A stretch of 57,966 nucleotides of DNA, counting the filler, from Bipalium vagum (lineage: Eukaryota): assembly GCA_037834085.1 (NCBI GenBank). It is 3 parts of 3 records of this genome, joined end to end, with 100 filler letters (N's around TTAATTAATTAA, not from the genome) between each part and the next. Parts side by side here need not be neighbours in the genome. Positions count along the whole stretch, not along the records: positions 19,089 to 42,118 come from JBBMKC010214030.1; positions 42,219 to 57,966 come from JBBMKC010148309.1; 1 more part is not named here. One strand, 5' to 3'. The notes beneath the pieces are model-generated. The model was not told the origin of the DNA. It ran no database searches and saw only the letters and a list, made by a program, of their open reading frames with translations. Position numbers and translations under genes: made by a program. This document shows, in pieces, positions 39,401 through 57,966 of the stretch (position 1 is the first letter of the stretch; every line of letters starts with the position of its first letter).

Positions 39401-41075
39401 TTGAGTCTAACTCCAATGATTGTAAGATATTCACCAAATTTCTAATTTGAAATCAAATTTCAAACTTTTAAATTTTAATAGGTAGTACAAGTAAATATTA
39501 TAATAAATATATACAGTCAAACCTGCAAGTAGTAAACTTTGTAAAACGAAGTAAAAAGATCATTTTATGCTTTCGAAATATTATACAGATTCAGGACATG
39601 AATTCAATATTAAGAATGCATGTTTCTGAAAATCGTAATAGTAAAGAAAATAATGAAAAAATTATTGAGGAACCCACAATGAAAAGCTTAAATGCCTTTA
39701 ATTGTATTAAACGCTTAGAAAGGTATTTTATACAAAATGGTAATCAGGAAATTAATAGAATATGGGAAATGGAAAATATTATTCTAACAGAAAAGAAAAA
39801 TCGACGAACAAAACTAACATATTTTCTAACAAATAAAATTTGTTAAAATTTATTAGTTTATTCTATTATATACATCATATATATTGTAATTGGTTATTGT
39901 AAATAATAAAATTGATTTTTTTTATTGGTTAAAAATTACACTAATGAAATTGATTTGTTCAATAAATGTCATTTTATAAATGAGTGTTTTTTTTAATTCT
40001 AGTGTTTATTAATTGCAGCTTTGACTGTATAATTAAAAATATTTAAGTAATTTTTTAAAAATTAAATTAGATAAGTTAAGTACCTTTTATACTTTTTTGT
40101 AAAAAATGTTTATTCAACTAAAAATCGGTGTTTTGTTCAGTGATCCATAACACCAGTCCTCGTTCCAATTCTCAAGACATAGTTTGCAAGCTTGTCAACA
40201 CGAGCATCGTTTCCCGCCCGAATAACGGAAAGTGTTATCAGTCACTGTCATCTTTGCGAAATCACAAAACTTATTCAGACATTAATTCCATCGAAAATGT
40301 CAAATGGAGTTCGTCTTGTTCATCTTCGTCAGCAAATACTGACACAAATCTGTCACGATCTGACGACAAGACAATCGACAAAAGTCACGATAACCCTCTT
40401 AGGGCGGCGATATATTCGCAAATTAGTGAGAGCTCATCATCATCTAGCTGCTTACACACGCCTTCTCCACCGCGAACCGACGACGGAAGCAACAACTACG
40501 AAAAGCCATTACAATGCCAATCTGTTTCGAAAGTCGTAACACCCAAACAGTTACACGGTGTGATTTCTCATCCATATTCGTCGTCTTTAAATTCGACATT
40601 GGATCAAGTCAAACACGTTGCTCGTTCTGACAAAATGAATAAAAGAAACTCGCAAAATCACCAGAACTATTTTAATATCGTCAATCACTTGACTACTTTT
40701 CAGCCAAAACGTCACTCGACGGACACCAATGTGTCCAGAATATCGAATAATCGCGAATATTTCAATATCTCACCTCAATCGATCTTGTCAGAGCCCGTCG
40801 ATATTTCAAAATGCCATCCATCGATCAACGTCAAACCCAATGTCGTTAAAAAGCTCAACTACGTCGAATTGGATTTCCCCAATTTTTCCGGACATGATGA
40901 AACATATCCGAAAAAGCAAATGCTTGCCGTCCCTCTCACTATTTACGATGATAATTACAAGGAAATCGATTTTAAAAACACTGAGGTTCTTAACTCGCTC
41001 GATCCACAAACTTTTGCAAAATATCCGAAGAAAACTGGGAAAAGGTTATTCAAAATCAAAAATTTTCTCAGCTGA
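20871..41075 (+). CDS. PH + IRS-type PTB docking/adaptor protein (IRS/DOK/FRS2-like), N-terminus incomplete
   Basis: In-phase exons: 20871-20884 (tentative), 21976-22033, 22602-22767, 24669-24884, 24946-25027, 25087-25244, 27466-27477, 27788-27945, 29686-29712, 32235-32265, 33851-33896, 37277-37326, 40141-41075. PH-like INIHGYECGIK..FIGMKDCYSIRFKDINKMMELEETLKKYIN; PTB-like WYRFHVQLHRICLT..MKIWNIFNIGEI..FLNIEI..IYTF; Ser-rich tail ending in tandem LNYVELDF and NYKEIDFKNT. Central small exons are less certain. Confidence 0.7.
20950..21240 (+). mobile_element. pogo/Tigger CENP-B HTH remnant
   Basis: KEIFEYAEIHGSEKA and GCFWPDVETELEN-like segments. Confidence 0.4.
21345..21884 (+). mobile_element. 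Internally deleted Tc1/maT-like element with TIRs
   Basis: TA-cagagttctcaaaaaa ... ttttttgaggcactctg-TA; internal MKARLNFEQRKFIMK..DKFEKFGTINNV..SGRQR (DUF4817-like). Confidence 0.7.
23577..23639. repeat. (ATT)n microsatellite
   Basis: Direct reading, one interruption. Confidence 0.95.
25373..25542. mobile_element. Small MITE-like element
   Basis: Perfect 14-bp inverted repeat ggatcatgtttttt (25373) / aaaaaacatgatcc (25529) enclosing about 140 nt. Confidence 0.45.
25897..26412 (-). mobile_element. Deleted Tc1/maT-like element (related copy at about 49800-50230)
   Basis: Minus-strand QPPHSPDMNL motif; 26250-26410 aligns by eye with 50053-50229. Confidence 0.55.
27392..27459. repeat. (ATT)n microsatellite directly upstream of a 12-nt micro-exon
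   Basis: Direct reading. Confidence 0.95.
29950..31680 (-). mobile_element. Highly decayed Chapaev/CMC-like transposase remnant with an embedded mariner fragment
   Basis: Minus strand shows RGRLPTP (AT-hook-like), KCCKCYQY and a decayed DGG..LKFIC segment; ITGDET mariner piece at about 31255-31300. Confidence 0.35.
34866..36016 (+). mobile_element. Degenerate mariner with both TIRs
   Basis: TIRs ttgggttgacaactaagtagtt / aattacttagttaccaacccag; MENKNIHFRHTL, WIPYDL, EPFLKRLISGD, RKRAELANRKR. Confidence 0.85.
37940..38993 (-). mobile_element. Degenerate mariner with intact TIRs and TA duplications
   Basis: TA-cgtagtgagtgagataagtatccaga ... tccgggtacttatctcactcaccacg-TA; MSSVEFRNVTNFL, VVPRFLT, NIVTV, HDPVCTS..FKLFNHPTYS. 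Confidence 0.85.
39514..40027 (+). mobile_element. Non-autonomous Tigger/pogo element
   Basis: TA-cagtcaaacctgcaa ... ttgcagctttgactg-TA; ORF 39598-39846 ends AFNCIKRLERYF..MENII..RRTKLTYFL, like Tigger transposase C-termini. Confidence 0.75.
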
Positions 41076-42031
41076 TTGGAATGAAAAGTGACAAAAGAGC
41101 TTCCCTTACCGCTGACATTAACGTTTGTAACTATGTTCAAAACCTGTAAATAACTTTGTAAAATACAATTTTTTTGTCTTATTTCTTTCTACAAAACTTG
41201 GTATATATATTCAATGTACAATTCGATATAATAGTCGGTATAGGAACCACACCATTTTGAGGTGATCTATGTTTTCAAGCTTATTTTCAACTTAAATTTT
41301 GTTGCTTGGTTAACTTTCCTGAGCTCATGTTAGGAAATTGTTATCTCTTTTATGAATTTATCTAATTTTCTTCTGTATTTCAGAACTGATTTAGTAGTAG
41401 GTCAGCGTATGTAATGGGAATCCGAATACGATACGTACTGACTATCATCATAAAGCACTGGCGGAAATATTCTTTAATCGTGAATTCCATAATTTATATC
41501 CACTGACAGAGTCAAGCAAGTTTTTTTAACAAGAAAATTTCTATTCTTGACATTCACTTATTTCAAAGATTACTAAAATGTTTAACTTCAGGACATGTGT
41601 CTTATAATGACAATTGTATTAGTAATAACGGTGTTTCAATTAATTATTAGAGAAATCTTTTTTTTATATATTAAAATATATTTAGACTTGGTGATAATAA
41701 TTTTTTAACGTTTTCGTAACTTTAAAAATATTTTTTGATTTTTAAAATACTTTTTAATTAGTAAATTAATAATAGAAATAAATGGAATTTATCAAACAAT
41801 AATCAGGAGCAAAGTTTCTATCTTTAGCTAAAAGCTTATTTAGCATAGAAAAACTTCTTCCCACACAAATTTTCTTACATATACATATACAATATTCTGA
41901 ATAATATATTTTAAAAAAGTTAAACATGTGTAAAAGTAAAGTGTATCATTTCAGAAATTGTAAATGGAAGTGACTTAAACAAACCAAAACCCAAGATTTA
42001 TTTTAGTCATTTCCCTACTATTTATGACATA

Positions 42032-42118
42032 CAGTTGAGTCTCGATATAACGAACTCCGATATAACGAAGATCTCGATATAACGAACCTGTGTGAAACAA
42101 ATGGTTGGCCGCACATCA
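42032..42118 (+). mobile_element. pogo/Tigger-type terminus cut by the spacer
   Basis: TA-cagttgagtctcgatataacgaa with three copies of cgatataacgaa (42043, 42058, 42075). Confidence 0.7.
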
Positions 42119-42218
42119 NNNNNNNNNNNNNNNNNNNNNNNNNNNNNNNNNNNNNNNNNNNNTTAATTAATTAANNNNNNNNNNNNNNNNNNNNNNNNNN
42201 NNNNNNNNNNNNNNNNNN
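42119..42218. other. Artificial assembly spacer (44N-TTAATTAATTAA-44N)
   Basis: Exactly 100 nt, 12-mer at 42163-42174. Confidence 0.97.
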
Positions 42219-42459
42219 TTTCTGATTTGTTTAAGTGCCTCAAAATTAAGGCCAAAACGATTCATGTAAAAAACGCACGAACTTTCCGGACAACCTAATA
42301 TTTATTCATCTTTAAAAAGTTAATTTTTCAAGGTGACAACATAAATTTAACAAGTACTGTTCATTCATTGAACAGAAAGCAGAAAAGAAAATAAACGTAA
42401 AGTACTGATAAATCAGAAAATATATACAATAAATTATTAAGTTGCGAATAGTCACTGAC

Positions 42460-43078
42460 TTAATCATTAGTCTAATTATACTACGTAAACAAAGGAGCAA
42501 AGAATCATTAGATAATAAAAATATCCTCTTTCTCATTTCTGAAATGTAAACCTTTTTGTTTGATCTATTAAAATTTTTTTTAGCAGTGAGCCGACAGTTT
42601 CTATCGGAGAACTACTGAGCATAAGAGGGAATTGATTTTTCTTTCTCATTTTTTATACCCATTTGGGGATGAATCACATCGATATGTTAAACTGCTCTGA
42701 AGAATTATTGAAATCAACAAATAGTTGCTGTTGTCATCTGTACAAATGAAATAATATAATTTGTGACTTTAAAAATGTTTTCAAAGAGTAATTTTTTACT
42801 GATTTTTATTATTATTCGAACACGATCAGCTCAATACACATTTAGGAACTTGGAATTTGAATATAACTCATCACTACATCATTCCAGAATTGTTGGAATG
42901 CTCCTTCCCACCTCATATGATTTTTCATTCAAAAAATTGTTGCTTCGACCTAAATATGTGAAAATCAGCTGGAACAACGTACAAATATGCAGAACATCTC
43001 AGTCAAGTCTTACTATTTTTCTAGATTAGATTTTGTGACACGAGAAATTGGAAATTTCGCCTTAGAAATTACCTCCAT
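42460..43078 (-). CDS. Candidate small multi-exon gene, possibly ubiquitin-like domain (tentative, 3' end unresolved)
   Basis: ATGGAG|gtaatt at 43078-43073, 7-nt exon 43020-43014, 42949-42912 and three further exons give MEKNSRSNNFLNEKSYEQLFVDFNNSSEQFNISISSPIETVGSLLKKILIDQTKSIIRLMI; upstream UTR-type donor GAG|gtacgt at 43199. Confidence 0.3.
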
Positions 43079-44876
43079 TTAACAGTTAAGATCACACTTA
43101 ACTCCTATGATCTTCATCAAAAAAGTTATAATTAAGACAAAATATTATTAATTGTATTAATTAATAAATTAAGTAATTAATTAAAAAATATTACGTACCT
43201 CCGTTTAAGCTTAGCACAATAGTTGGGAAGTAAATTTCAAACCAAAAATATTCTTTATTTGATTTGAATAAACTTCAAAAATATAATTGAACCATAAATA
43301 TAATTTTTTGCTGTACTTTTTTTTACTGTTTTCTTGTTTAAAGTTAAATTATTATATTGTAGAAAAATATATATTTCTTAACTTCATTAAAACACGTTTG
43401 TAAGGAATGAATTTAAATTAATATTATAAACTTAATTTTATATATTTTGAAATAATGAATTAAATAAAAGTAAATAAATTTAATTAAATAAATTTTAAAA
43501 GTAAATAATTAATACAATTAATTAATGTATTGAAAATAACGATTTTTGAAAAAAAATAATCAATTAATACCATATTAAAATACATGATTAATTTATTTAA
43601 ATATTAAATAAAAAGAGAAAACACTTTTCAATTACTCAATTATTTTCATAAATAATTAGATTAAACTTTGATCTATTTGATTTAAACAATGTCAGTACTG
43701 TGATAGTTACTAACAGTGCTAATGATAAGCCTCTAATAATTATAAAAAATAATCAGCGTAATTTGATTAAAGTTACTCAATTAGAAAAATAATTTTTATA
43801 TATATTAGATATTCAAAACAGTAATTTAACTTAAATATGAAGATTTATAGTTATGTTAGAGAATTAATTTTAAAATCATAATTTAAAATACATGTAATAA
43901 ATAATAATAATAAATGTAATATAAATAAGTTATTATTATTTAAATAAATAATATTTAAATTAAAAAAAACCCTTTAAGTTAAAATTTTATAGAATATTAT
44001 AATATAAATCAATTAAATAAATTTGTTATAAAATAAAGAATCGAAAATCCCATGGTGTGTGATAATTAAATTTGTTTCGACATTCGACTTTGTTTCTCAC
44101 GAAAATCACGTTATAGACCAAAAATCTGATTATGTTAAAATATTATTTTTCAAATCTATAAATAGCAACCAATAATTATTGACATAATGTAATCCAGTTA
44201 TGTTTAACTCACTGAACTCAAACAGAGTCAAATGTAATTTTTTATTACGAATTAAGGTATTCTAACAATCCGAGAGAAAATCTCAAGAAAAATTGTTTTC
44301 ATACAAATAAATAATAAATTAAAAAAAATTTCTTCAATTAATCAATAATCAGGTTAATATTCGTGGCCCAATGATTCAGGCTTCGGGTCAGACAAAAGAC
44401 AATAGTCAGTATGGCAGTCGAAGATAGATCGTCACCTATCTCACCAGTCGATGTATGCGGCTGGGTCGGGATGGAATAATTTTCTATCCAGATGAGGAAC
44501 AGATATGTTTTTTGCATTGTTTTACTCAATATTTTCCCATTTAATTTCTCTTTGCAAACTTATTTTGCGAATATATTTATTGGTAAATCCGATCTGTGGA
44601 ATTAATATTCTGTTGCTGTATCACTTGTTTCCACAAACTTAATTAATGTCGTGGCAGTGTTATTGGTTGATTGGATTTACGTACTGTGGCCAGTGTTCCT
44701 TTTTGCTGTGAACTTTCTTTTTTCGTAATCCAATTTTGCTGTGAAGGATTTCAATCCATGAAAGTTCACTTTGAACAAAGTGAGTGATGTAAAGCTTTAT
44801 TTGACGATCTGTATTTATATAGTGATAAATTGTGTGTTAAATGGGAAAATAAACATTCTCATGGTTCACTATGCAG

Positions 44877-57879
<13,003 letters not shown>

Positions 57880-57885
57880 AATAAA
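57880..57885 (+). terminator. Putative polyadenylation signal of PCBP
   Basis: AATAAA begins on the base after the TAA stop. Confidence 0.5.
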
Positions 57886-57892
57886 CCAGCTA

Positions 57893-57901
57893 CTATTATT
57901 G

Positions 57902-57966
<65 letters not shown>
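57893..57966. repeat. (ATT)n microsatellite running to the window end
   Basis: Direct reading. Confidence 0.95.

Noticed and set aside
40192-41140. Overlapping ORFs 40192-40539, 40729-41091, 40806-41009 and 40955-41140
   Set aside because: Alternative-frame shadows of the GC-richer last exon of the adaptor; no motifs
42043-42086. Three cgatataacgaa repeats as a CRISPR-like array
   Set aside because: 12-nt units separated by only 3-5 nt, next to a TA-CAGT terminus; subterminal repeats of a pogo-type element
57893-57966. Terminal repeat as a telomere
   Set aside because: The same (ATT)n occurs internally several times; ordinary microsatellite

Overview
Very AT-rich eukaryotic (animal-type) genomic DNA with GT-AG introns of two sizes: about 40-65 nt, or kb-long and transposon-filled. 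Two 100-nt artificial spacers (44N-TTAATTAATTAA-44N) split it into three contigs. Three host genes could be spliced by hand on the + strand: a compact TPD52-family gene (15187-16020); a divergent PH+PTB docking protein of the IRS/DOK/FRS2 type with several micro-exons (about 20871-41075, first exon not found); and a three-KH poly(C)-binding protein, PCBP/mub-like (44877-57879). The terminal exon of an unidentified minus-strand gene sits at 16746-17020, and further minus-strand exon-like islands lie inside the docking-protein introns, suggesting an interleaved antisense gene. Weaker candidates are a 55-aa secreted-peptide gene (6950-9576), a small ubiquitin-like gene (about 42460-43078, minus) and an orphan 3' end (604-798). 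Much of the rest is decayed DNA transposons (many mariners plus Tc1/maT, pogo/Tigger, Chapaev, Merlin and hAT-like remnants) and (ATT)n microsatellites. No rRNA, tRNA, CRISPR or prokaryotic system was seen. All gene models and family calls come from manual reading, not searches.
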